Below, piece after piece: positions 22,977-32,632 of a DNA stretch of 32,632 bases; within the stretch, counting starts at the first letter, position 1, and each line of letters starts with the position of its first letter. Location: positions 6,363,110-6,395,741 of the forward strand of contig NC_057758.1 in the NCBI RefSeq assembly GCF_004010195.1, in the 5' to 3' direction. The position numbers were made by a program, and so were the translations under genes. The notes beneath the pieces were generated by a model. That model did not search any database, was not told the DNA's origin, and saw nothing but the letters and a program-made list of their open reading frames with translations. This DNA is from Chiloscyllium plagiosum. Its lineage: Eukaryota.

Positions 22977-24973
22977 GTGAAGACTGTTTAAGGAACAGTT
23001 GTTGCAAGTGATGAATAAATATGTCCCTCTGAGACAGGAAAGAAGTGGTAGATAAAGGAACCTTGGATGACGAGAGCGGTGGAGCTTCTCGTCAAAAGGA
23101 AAAAGGTAGCTTACATAAGGTGGAGGAAGCTATGGTCAAGCTCAGCTCTAGTGAATTACAGGCAGGCGAGGAAGGAGCTCAAAAATGGTCTGAGGAGAGC
23201 CAGGAGGGGGCACGAGAAAGGCTTGGCAGAACGGATTAGAGAGAACACAAAGGCATTTTACAGTTATGTGAGGAATAAGAGAATGTCAAAGAAAGTGTAG
23301 AGCCGATCAGGGATAGCATAGGGAATTTGTGTGTGGAGTCTGAGGAGGTAGGGAAAGCGTGTGCATGCTGGAATGGATAGAGATAGAGGAAGCTGATGTG
23401 CTGAAAATTTTGTCAAACATTAAGATTGACAAGTCGCCAGGCCCGGACCAGATTTGTCCTCGGCTGCTTTGGGAAACGAGAAATGCGATTGCTTCGCCAC
23501 TTGCGAAGATCTTTGCATCCTCGCTCTCCACTGGAGTCGTACCTGAGGACTGGAGAGAGGCAAATGTAATTCCTCTCTTCAAGAAAGGAAATAGGGAAAT
23601 CCCCGGCAATTACAGACCAGTAAGTCTCACGTCTGTCGTCTGCAAGGTGTTAGAAAGGATTCTGAGGGATAGGATTTATGACCATCTGGAAGAGCATGGC
23701 TTGATTAAATGCAGTCAACACGGCTTTGTGAGGGGCAGGTCATGCCTCACAAACCTTATCGAGTCCTTTGAGGATGTGACTAGAAAAGTTGACGAGGGTC
23801 GAGCTGTGGATGTGGGGTATATGGCCTTCAGCAAGGCATTTGATAAGGTTCCCCATGGTAGGCTCATTCAGAAGGTCATGAGGAATGGGATTCAGCGGAA
23901 CTTGGCTGTCTGGATACAGAATTGGCTGGCCAACAAAAGACAGCGAGTGGTAGTAGAAGAAAAATATTCTGCCTGGAAGTCTGTGGTGAGTGGTGTTCCA
24001 CAGGGCTCTGTCCTTGGGCCTCTACTGTTTGTAATTGTTATTAATGACTTGGATGAGGGGATTGAAGGATGGGTCAGCAAGTTTGCAGACGACACAAAGG
24101 TTGGAGGTGTCGTTGACAGTATAGAGGGCTGTTTTAGACTGCAGCAGGACATTGGCAGTATGCAGAGATGGGCTGAGAGGTGACAGATGGAGTTCAACCT
24201 GGACAAATGCGAGGTGATGCATTTTGGCAGGTCGAATTTGAAAACTGAGTATAGGATTAACGACAGGATTCTTGGCAGTGTGGAGGAACAGAGACATCTT
24301 GGTGTGCAGGTACATAGATCCCTTAAAATGTCCCCCAAGTGGGCAGGGTTGTTAAGAAAGGATATGGTGTTTTAGCTTTAAGTAACAGGGGGATTGAGTT
24401 TAAGAGTCCTGAGATCTTGTTGCAGTTCTATAAAATTTTGGTTAGACCGCACTTGGAATACTGCGTCCAGTTCTGGTCACCCTATTATAGGAAAGATGTG
24501 GATGCTTTGGAGAGGGTTCAGAGGAGGTTTACCAGGATGCCGCCTGTACTGGAGGGTTTAACTTATGAAGAGAGGTTGACTGAGCTCGGAATTTTTTCTT
24601 TGGATAAAAGGAGGAGGAGAGTGGACCTAACTGAGGTATACAAGATAATGAGAGGCATAGAAAATGTCGATAGCTAGACACTATTTCCCAGGGCAGAAAT
24701 GACTAACACAAGGGGTCATAGTTTTAAGCTGGTTGGAGGAAAGTATAGAGGGGATGTCAGAGGCGGATTCTTTACACAGAGAGTTGTGAGAGCATGGAAT
24801 GCGTGGCCAGCAGCAGTTGTGGAAGCAAGGTCATTGGGGACATTTAAGAGACTACTGGACATGCATACGTTCACAGACATTTGAGGGTGCATACATGAGG
24901 ATCAGTGGTCGGCACAACATCGTTGGCTGAAGGGCCTGTTCTGTGCTGTACAGTTCTATGTTCTGTGTTCTAT
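22838..24973 (+). mobile_element. Relatively young 5'-truncated CR1 LINE (RT domain and 3' end), inactivated
   Basis: ORF 23359-24183: KSPGPD, PEDWREANVIPLFKKG, NYRPVSLTS, QHGF, KAFDKVPH, SGVPQGSVLGPLLF, FADD. TGA at 24181-24183 followed by frameshifts. Ends in a (TTCTATG)-like tail at 24953-24973. Its 5' ~140 bp are also copied at ~20675-20813. Confidence 0.95.
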
Positions 24974-25175
24974 TTCAAATCCGCAGTGACGTGTCGATGA
25001 GTGGGGTTGGAAAAGGAAATATGTGCCCGTCCAACCTCACTCAGAACAAAGATGTGGAGAAATTCACAAAATAGCACAATTTAAAAAGAGGAATTGATAG
25101 TTTTTGTGTTGGCTGGATATTTGAATTACATATTTTTTTTCTTCATTCACAGGATGAGGTTAGAGTTGTCCAGGA

Positions 25176-25396
25176 AACGTTTATTGTCCATAGTGTAAAT
25201 AAGAATGATCCAACTTTTTTTTTTTGGCTAGTCACAAAAGGCACAAGGGTATTAGGCAACTGCCTCGGAGTGTACCAGATGATCTGAACGTTTATTGTCC
25301 ATAGTGTAAATAAGAATGATCCAACTTTTTTTTTTGGCTAGTCACAAAAGGCACAAGGGTATTAGGCAACTGCCTCGGAGTGTACCAGATGATCTG
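25176..25396 (+). repeat. Tandem duplication of ~110 bp (25176-25286 and 25287-25396)
   Basis: Both units run aacgtttattgtcc...gtaccagatgatctg and differ only in T-run length. The inverted arm (~28711-28820) has a single copy. Confidence 0.95.
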
Positions 25397-26089
25397 AGGT
25401 TGATTAAGGAGGAAGGGCCAGATCTGCTTTAAAAAAAAACATATGCAAGGATAAAATTTCTTCATATCGGCCAGGAGTAGCAAGAAGAGAATTTACATTA
25501 TTAAGGACACAGGGTCCTCTTAGTCTGCAATGCTCAAGGATGAGAGATGTGGACTCTTAAAGGACTATGACCAGAAAAGGTAATGATAGCAGGAATTCAT
25601 GGTGAGACAAAAAGTGCTCAGTTATGTAAAGTGTTGCAAAAGAGTCCAGAGAAGAGTGCAGAATTTTATTGTAGCAGTAGTGGACAAACTCTCAGTTCCA
25701 GTAATGCAATTTGTCCTTGCAAATGATATAACTAATTCACTCGTAGGCGTGCTGCCTACTCTTGTTGGAAAGCCATTGGAGACGCAGACAAATGAAGAAA
25801 TGAGCGATGTTTGACAGGGAAATTTCTGAGATAGTGTGATCACACAGGCACAAGTTGAAGCAGGACAGATCAAAAGGCACAGACAAGAAAGCTGGCATAA
25901 CGTTATTCGAGACATTTTTTAGATCAGAGAAGTGGGACAGAGCAGGAGCAAATAGGTAAACATGAAAGTATTTTTAGCTCTGCTACGCTTATTGAGTTGT
26001 AGCAGAAAGATGACAATTTAAAACAGTTATATCAAAAAGCATATACAGAGAAGGGAATTGAATGTATTTTATTACTTCACAAATGATGT
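25330..26089 (+). mobile_element. Decayed Gypsy-type (probably Gmr1-like) LTR retrotransposon, aspartic protease region
   Basis: EFTLLR/DTGSS*SAML with the DTG catalytic motif at 25506-25514, followed by VVDKLSVPVMQFVLANDIT (ILGxD-like) in ORF 25599-25814. Contains stops and frameshifts and runs into the gap. Confidence 0.7.
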
Positions 26090-26589
26090 NNNNNNNNNNN
26101 NNNNNNNNNNNNNNNNNNNNNNNNNNNNNNNNNNNNNNNNNNNNNNNNNNNNNNNNNNNNNNNNNNNNNNNNNNNNNNNNNNNNNNNNNNNNNNNNNNNN
26201 NNNNNNNNNNNNNNNNNNNNNNNNNNNNNNNNNNNNNNNNNNNNNNNNNNNNNNNNNNNNNNNNNNNNNNNNNNNNNNNNNNNNNNNNNNNNNNNNNNNN
26301 NNNNNNNNNNNNNNNNNNNNNNNNNNNNNNNNNNNNNNNNNNNNNNNNNNNNNNNNNNNNNNNNNNNNNNNNNNNNNNNNNNNNNNNNNNNNNNNNNNNN
26401 NNNNNNNNNNNNNNNNNNNNNNNNNNNNNNNNNNNNNNNNNNNNNNNNNNNNNNNNNNNNNNNNNNNNNNNNNNNNNNNNNNNNNNNNNNNNNNNNNNNN
26501 NNNNNNNNNNNNNNNNNNNNNNNNNNNNNNNNNNNNNNNNNNNNNNNNNNNNNNNNNNNNNNNNNNNNNNNNNNNNNNNNNNNNNNNNN
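26090..26589. other. Assembly gap (500 N)
   Basis: Run of exactly 500 N, which suggests a scaffolding spacer of unknown true size. Confidence 0.99.
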
Positions 26590-27169
26590 GAAAATCCAGG
26601 AAATCCCGAGAATAAAATAACTATGGGACTTCCATAACTAAAGACTAAAATCACCCATATTAACAACGAGGTCGGATTTGAAAAAACAGCTGAGGATTGA
26701 GCATTGAAAAATCTGACAGACACGATATATGTTGTACTATGATGTCAGAGGAAGAAGCAATGTACATGCTGATTGCAATGGCGATCATTGTGTTATTTTC
26801 ATATGCATTGTGCGAACTTAGGAAACCTTTCTGTGTAAAGAAAACACAGATGATTAAAGAAAGAAAGAAAATTGAGAATGATGAATAAAGACCAGTTTAC
26901 TTGTCATTTGCAGTCGTGAATCTGTTGAAATCTATTATAACGGATACTTCTTTGAATATTTAGAAAATCAAAGCAAAATTGGGGAGAATACTAACGAATT
27001 TATGAAAGCAAAATCATAATGGACTATTTTACTTCGGACTTACTTGAAGATGTTTCTTGCAGCGTGTTGCTGTGGTAACCAAATGAAGGTCGTGCTAGTT
27101 TGTCCAACCTTACTCCATCTTGGGGTACAGACGGATCTCTGCGATGACCAGCTTGTTGGGGAAGCAGGG

Positions 27170-27570
27170 TTTGGGTCGATTGGGCCTTTATTCCATGGAG
27201 TTTAGGGAAATGAGCGGAGATCTTAGTGAAATATATTAAACTCTGACAGGGTGAGACAGATTCAAAAGAGGGATGATAATTCCCCTGGCTGGCACATCTA
27301 AACCAAGGGCACACTGGTTTAGACACAGACAGGCCACTCTGCATTGAATCGGGAATAAATGCCTGCACTCAGCAACTGGTAAACCTTGGAATTCCATACC
27401 ACATAAGGCTGTGGAAAACAAGGCACGGAATATAAAGATTTCTAGACATTAACTAAATTAAGACAGAACAGTATTATGGTATGAAGACAGAGAATCCGAC
27501 ATCATTATCCTGAACTGGGAGGCAAAATCGATGGACCACATGGATTACTGCCGTTTCTATCTGATATTTT
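27170..27570 (+). mobile_element. Decayed CR1 3' end
   Basis: LGRLGLYSMEFREMSGDLSEIY motif followed by 3'UTR-like sequence. Confidence 0.7.
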
Positions 27571-27874
27571 TCTGACGTTCAATCATAACAATTGGTATAT
27601 GGATTCTGTAAAACCCTTTAACGAGTCCATCTAAACCTGTTCCCTCCAGTAGTGCCATCATCTGTGTTCAAGGTAAACGTGTTTCCCTCTGTTTCTCTCC
27701 ATGACTATGATAAAGAGCTATGTAGTGTCAGTGACACCCGGCTTATGTAGTGCCAGAACCATTGAATTTATGCACATTGTGTTATCTTTCACTTCCCAAT
27801 GCATGGTGCTCCTACTTTGGCGCGGTGTTTGAGCAGCTTTGACACATGTCTTTGGAACCATTTCAGGAACTGAC

Positions 27875-28705
27875 ATTGCTGGAGAAACTAAACAGATCTG
27901 GCAATATCTACAAAGTGAAAGCAGAGTTAATCTTTCGAGTTTAGCGATCATTTATCAAAGCTTTTTGTTTGTTCAGCAATTTCTATTTTTCTTTGAGATT
28001 CCATAACCCACAGTTCATTGTTTTACTGAAAATAAATTCGATGGTTATTCATTTATGGAGAAATTTAGCAGGTCTGGTACTAACAGTAGAGATCAGAAAC
28101 AGAGTAAATCTTTCAAGTCCAGTGTGACACTTATTCAGAATTGAAAATGTTTGGAATTTGCTTTCATATTCCTTTGACAATGGTGGAGGAGTGTGACCGG
28201 AAACAAAGGATGTGAAGACCCAATACACAAAACAAATGTGGTTTAAACTGTGGTAAAAGAGAATTAAATGCAAAATGTGTTTAAATTCAGGGGGAATTAG
28301 ATTCTCTCATTGAGTGCTGAATTAACAAGATACGAACAAAACATGGTCATAGGGAGACCAGGAGGGGGAATACTGAAAACTGGAGAACAGTCATAGTGGG
28401 TCACGCTGTGAAGTTATCCAATTGTATATTATCTCCGACAGGCTGTGTAGTACCAAAGTGTAAAGTGCGCTTGAACTGGAGCTTGGGTTATGATTCATCG
28501 AAACATTACAGCATCCCAGGACCGAAACGTGAGCGTTAAAGTTGTGTGTGTTATTGAAATGAGAATCAAGTCGAAGGTCAGGGTTATTCCTAGACGGAGT
28601 GGAATTGTACGTGAAAGCAGTCTGTGTTTCGTCTCACCAATGTAAAAAAGACTGCATTGTCAGCGACAAGGATATGAGACTGGATTGAAAGAATACAAGT
28701 CAAAT
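27875..28705 (-). mobile_element. Decayed Penelope-like element (probably Neptune-type): GIY-YIG C-terminus and pLTR pieces
   Basis: Minus strand 28621-28659 reads QCSLFYIGETKHR, and further on FGTTQPVGDNIQLDNFTA*. Two decayed terminal copies lie at ~27875-27960 and ~28055-28140 with eroded hammerhead-like cores. Confidence 0.7.
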
Positions 28706-31700
28706 CAACCTCAGATCATCTGGTACACTCCGAGGCAGTTGCCTAATACCCGTGTGCCTTTTGTTACTAGCCAAAAAAAAAGTTGAATCACTCTTATTTT
28801 CACGATGGACAATAAACGTTTCCTGGACAACTCTAACCTCATCCTGTGAATGAAGAAAAAAAGTATGTAATTCAAATATCCAGCCAACACAAAAATTATC
28901 AATTCCTCTTTTTAAATTTTGCTATTTTGTGAATTTCTCCACATCTTTGTTCTGAGTGAGGTTGGAGGGGCACATATTTCCTTTTCCAACCCCAATCATC
29001 GACAGGGTCACTACGGATTTGAAATAGAACACAGAACATAGTACTGTGCAGCACAGAACAGGCCCTTCAGCCCACGATGTTGTGCCGACCACTGATCCTC
29101 ATGTATGCTCCCTCAAATTTCTGTGAACGTATGCATGTCCATTAGTCTCTGAAATGTCCCCAATGACCTTGCTTCCACAACTGCTGCTGGCCACGCCTTC
29201 CATGCTCTCACAACTCTCTGTGTAAAGAATCCGCCTCTGACATCCCCTCTATACCTTCCTCCAACCAGCTTAAAACTATGACCCCTCGTGTTAGTCATTT
29301 CTGCCCTGGGAAATAGTCTCTAGCTATCGACATTTTCTATGCCTCTCATTATCTTTTATACCTCAGTTATGTCCACTCTCCTCCTCCTTTTATCCAAAGA
29401 AAAAAGTCCGAGCTCATTCAACCTCTCTTCATAAGTTAAGCCCTCCAGTCCAGGCGGCATCCTGGTAAACCTCCTCTGAACCCTCTCCAAAGCATCCACA
29501 TCTTTCCTATAATAGGGCGACCAGAACTGGACGCAGTATTCCAAGTGAGTTCTAACCAAAGTTTTATAGAGCTGCAACAAGATCTCACGACTCTTAAACT
29601 CAATCCCCCTGTTAATTAAAGCCAAAACACCATATCCTTTCTTAACAACCCTGCCCACTTGGGGGCCATTTTAAGGGATCTATGTACCTGCTCACCAAGA
29701 TCTCTCTGTTCCTCCACACTGTCAAGAATCCTATCGTTAATCCTGTACAAAGTTTTCAAATTCCACCTTCCAAAATGCATCACCTCGCATTTGTCCAGGT
29801 TGAACTCTATCTGTCACCTCTCAGCCCATCTCTGCATACTGCCAATGTCCTGCTGCAGTCTAAAACAGCGCTCTATACTGTAAACGACACCTCCAACCAT
29901 TGTGTCGTCTGCAAACTTGCTGACCCATCCTTCAATCCCCTCATCCAAGTCATTAATAAAAATTACAAACAGTCGAGGCCCAAAAACAGAGCCCTGTGGA
30001 ACACCACTCACCACAGACTTCCAGGCAGAATGTTTTTCTTCTACAACCACTCGCTGTCTTCTGTTGGCCAGCCAATTCTGTATCCAGACAGCCATGTTCC
30101 GCTGAATCCCATTCCTCATGACCTTCTGAATGAGCCTACCATGGGGAAACTAATCAAATGCCATGCTGAAGTCGATATAAACCACATCCACAGTTCGACC
30201 CTCATCAACCTTTCTCGTCACAACCTCAAAGAACTCGATAATATTTGTGAGGCATGACCTGCCTCTCACAAAGCCGTGTTGACTGCTCTCGTCATCCAAG
30301 GTTCCTTTATCTACCACTTCTTGCCTGTCTCAGAGGGACATATTTATTCATCACTTGCAACAACTGTTCCTTTAACAGTCTCCACATGTCTATAGTGCCT
30401 TTACCATGGAACAATTGCTCCCAATCCATGCTTCCTAACTCATATCTAATCGCATCATGGTTTCCTTTTCCCCACTTAAAAATCATCCCATTTTGCCGAG
30501 TGGTCTCCTTCTCCGTAGCGATGTAACCAGGTTAGTGATATCGCCAATGATGAAGGTCTCAGGCAGAGTCAGGTTCAGTGACAGGAACAATGAAGGTAAA
30601 TTACTTTAGACAACAACAAAAAAATGATTTCTGCCTGAAATAAATTTCCACAACAGGTGAAAATCATAATGGCAACAGTTTTGGTCGATACACGCATCCA
30701 TTGACTGTCCTCCTTATCCACTATCCTCAAGATCTCGCCTTATTAAATGGTATCACTTATCATTTCAAGGATAAGCAGTCAAACCTCAAAGTATAAACAC
30801 TTCATCCTGTGAAAAACTGAAGTGAAACATTTCTGAACGGTTTCAAATGTAATCATTACCGTTCTCAAGTAAGGAGTCAAAAAGAAAAAAATCACTGCTT
30901 CCACACAGTTCTTCCGGTACATTCTCAGTCAGTCTGGGCACAGCTGCAGCACCATATTTTTTTAAAACAAATGACAGAAGTTCAACTAGCGGGAGTATTC
31001 AATGCAATATGTCCTTCCTACACATTAGATTGAAAGTTCAGCTCGTCAGCGTATTCAATTTAATTTTATTTCCTTTTGAATCATCTTCAATTTATTCCTG
31101 AGCTGATGACATTTACTTTCTTTTTTAGGGTGTTTTGTGTATTGAGAATTGTCTTCCCTCAAGAGCATTGGAGGGAGAGACAGTGAATATTTTGGAGTCA
31201 CAGACAGATAGGTTCATGAAAGCAACAAAGTAAGATTTGTCGGAGGAGTGGGCATGAATGTGCAGTGTGCGGGACGGGGAATGTATCTGTCTATGACCAC
31301 AACCCTCAAGAACACAATGGAAAATGCAATTACAATACAAAAAGCAGATACAACATGTTCACAGTGGTAAAGTGGTCATAAAACCAGAGGACCACGGGAC
31401 TGCTGTCTTATTCGAGAGAGACCACTCGCGGTGATTTAAACTGAGGTTACCACAACTCGGGTGAGGGGCGAGTTTAAGAAAAGAAGTGAGGAATGAAGGT
31501 AACAATGGAGCAGAGATATTAGCTTGAAAATAGAAATGAAAGGCATTGCATCTGAATGTGCATTGTACTCTCAAAATAAATTGAGAATTCAATGCATATA
31601 TTGAGGGAATGGATATTATTTAATGACATCCGAAAGACATGGCTACAAGGTGGCTGATATTGAGAACTCAATATGCAGAACACTTTAAATTTTGAAAGTG

Positions 31701-32632
31701 GAGGCAACCTTCGAAAAAACAGAATGGCATCTGTTTGACTTGAAAAGGTGATATGACATCAAATGATCAAGGAATTCGCTTAATGTTGTTGATTTTGTGC
31801 GCAAAGTGACAGTTGAGTTATGGAGTTATTTCTACCGTGAGGCTGAGTGGATCAAACCAAACGTAATGGGCAGAAGGGCCTTTGTAATGTGGATCTTTAT
31901 GACTCTATTATATTCTGTACCCTACAGTCCCAGAACAGTCTATAACTGACATTACTTGGTTACAGTCAAGGGTCAGTTAATTGAACAAAAGATACGATCC
32001 CCAGGGAAGGGATTTAGTTGATACAAGGGAGTCAGTCGGTTTGGTATATTTGGACTTTCAGACAAAGTCCCGCAATGGAGATGATTGTGTAAGATATAGC
32101 GCATGTGTTTTGGGGAAGTGTATTGAGGTGCAGATGAAACTGATTGGCAAAGAGAAAACACCGAGAAGGAATTAATGTTTTTTTTTATTCAACAATGCAG
32201 GCAGTAACAAGTGGAGTACACAGGGATCCCTGCTAGAACGCCAGCTATTCAGAAAATACATTCATGACAAATGATGAAGGGCTGAAATACAAAATGTCAG
32301 TTCTCCTGCTTTTGGATGTTGCCTTATCTGCTGTGCGTTTCAAAAGCAATACGTTTTGATTCTGATCTCCAACGTCTGCAGTCCTCACGTTCACCTCTGC
32401 CGACGATATCAACGATTTTGATCAGGGAACTGTATGTCACATCTGAAAAGTTGTCGACCACGTCAAGTTGGATGGAAGGATGAGTTGTTACGCGGATGCA
32501 GAGATACTTCAACATGGGCTGGTCAGTTTGGGTGAGTTGGCAAATCAAGGGCAGATGCAATATAATTTGAATAAACGTGAGGTTATTTACTTTAGAAGCA
32601 AAACCAAGAACGCAGTTTACGACCTGAACAGC
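28703..32632 (-). repeat. Right arm of an inverted segmental duplication (reverse complement of 18586-25405, lacking the left-arm tandem duplications); continues past the window end
   Basis: 28703 aatcaacctcagatcatc is the reverse complement of 25388-25405. The window end gacctgaacagc is the reverse complement of 18586-18597. Mirrored ORFs: 24699/29113, 21658/31519, 21773/31359, 22025/31125. Confidence 0.97.
29024..30523 (-). mobile_element. Duplicated copy of the 22838-24973 CR1 with a ~635-bp internal deletion
   Basis: Same flanks, same 5' truncation point and same RWAER* stop as the left copy. The junction at 30285-30286 joins left-copy positions 23077 and 23713. Confidence 0.93.

Noticed and set aside
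23359..24183. 274-aa reverse transcriptase ORF as an active or domesticated gene
   Set aside because: It is a 5'-truncated CR1 lacking ORF1 and most of the endonuclease, with an in-frame TGA and frameshifts.
25989..26723. Long ORFs spanning 26058-26723
   Set aside because: Artefacts of the N gap.
26690..26790. DVRGRSNVHADC as a Gypsy RNase H C-terminal motif after the gap
   Set aside because: A short match with no supporting neighbouring motifs; it could be chance.
27612..27678. Possible plus-strand GPCR exon 1 ending AIICVQ-G|GTAAAC
   Set aside because: The phase-1 donor and five residues are suggestive, but the frame has an upstream stop, no ATG and no YYP motif. Too weak without an alignment.
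19496..31707. Small ORFs present in three near-identical copies (MPPLSKFK..., MNSQFILR..., MYCNFIFH...) as a novel peptide family
   Set aside because: Their recurrence is fully explained by the tandem and inverted duplications. They use non-ATG starts, overlap repeat remnants and show no recognisable motifs.
28703..32632. Right arm as a falsely duplicated haplotype
   Set aside because: Divergence of several percent, multiple large indels and unrelated inner flanks favour true paralogy. Not fully excluded without read depth.

Overview
Repeat-rich vertebrate genomic DNA, most likely from a shark or other cartilaginous fish (inferred from the repeat families and the GPCR). The only host gene I can support is the large coding exon of a GPR139-like class A GPCR on the minus strand (17830-16923). 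It has a canonical splice acceptor and one in-frame TAA in TM6, so it is probably a young pseudogene. Its first exon was not found. Most of the rest is decayed CR1 LINE sequence, a Gypsy protease remnant, SINE/LINE tails, decayed ~36-37 bp minisatellite tracts and several Penelope-like element (PLE) pieces. The PLE pieces form fold-back palindromes carrying minimal hammerhead-ribozyme cores (CUGANGA...GAAAC-GUH) on both strands; two have target-site duplications, and one intact core lies sense-strand in the GPCR intron. Upstream of the GPCR exon are nested rearrangements: a 2162-bp tandem duplication (18652-22976), a 110-bp tandem duplication, and a large inverted segmental duplication (18586-25405 vs 28703-window end) flanking a 500-N assembly gap. 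The inverted arm predicts a second, plus-strand GPR139-like exon just beyond the window. Repeat boundaries are approximate and were read by eye; no database searches were run.
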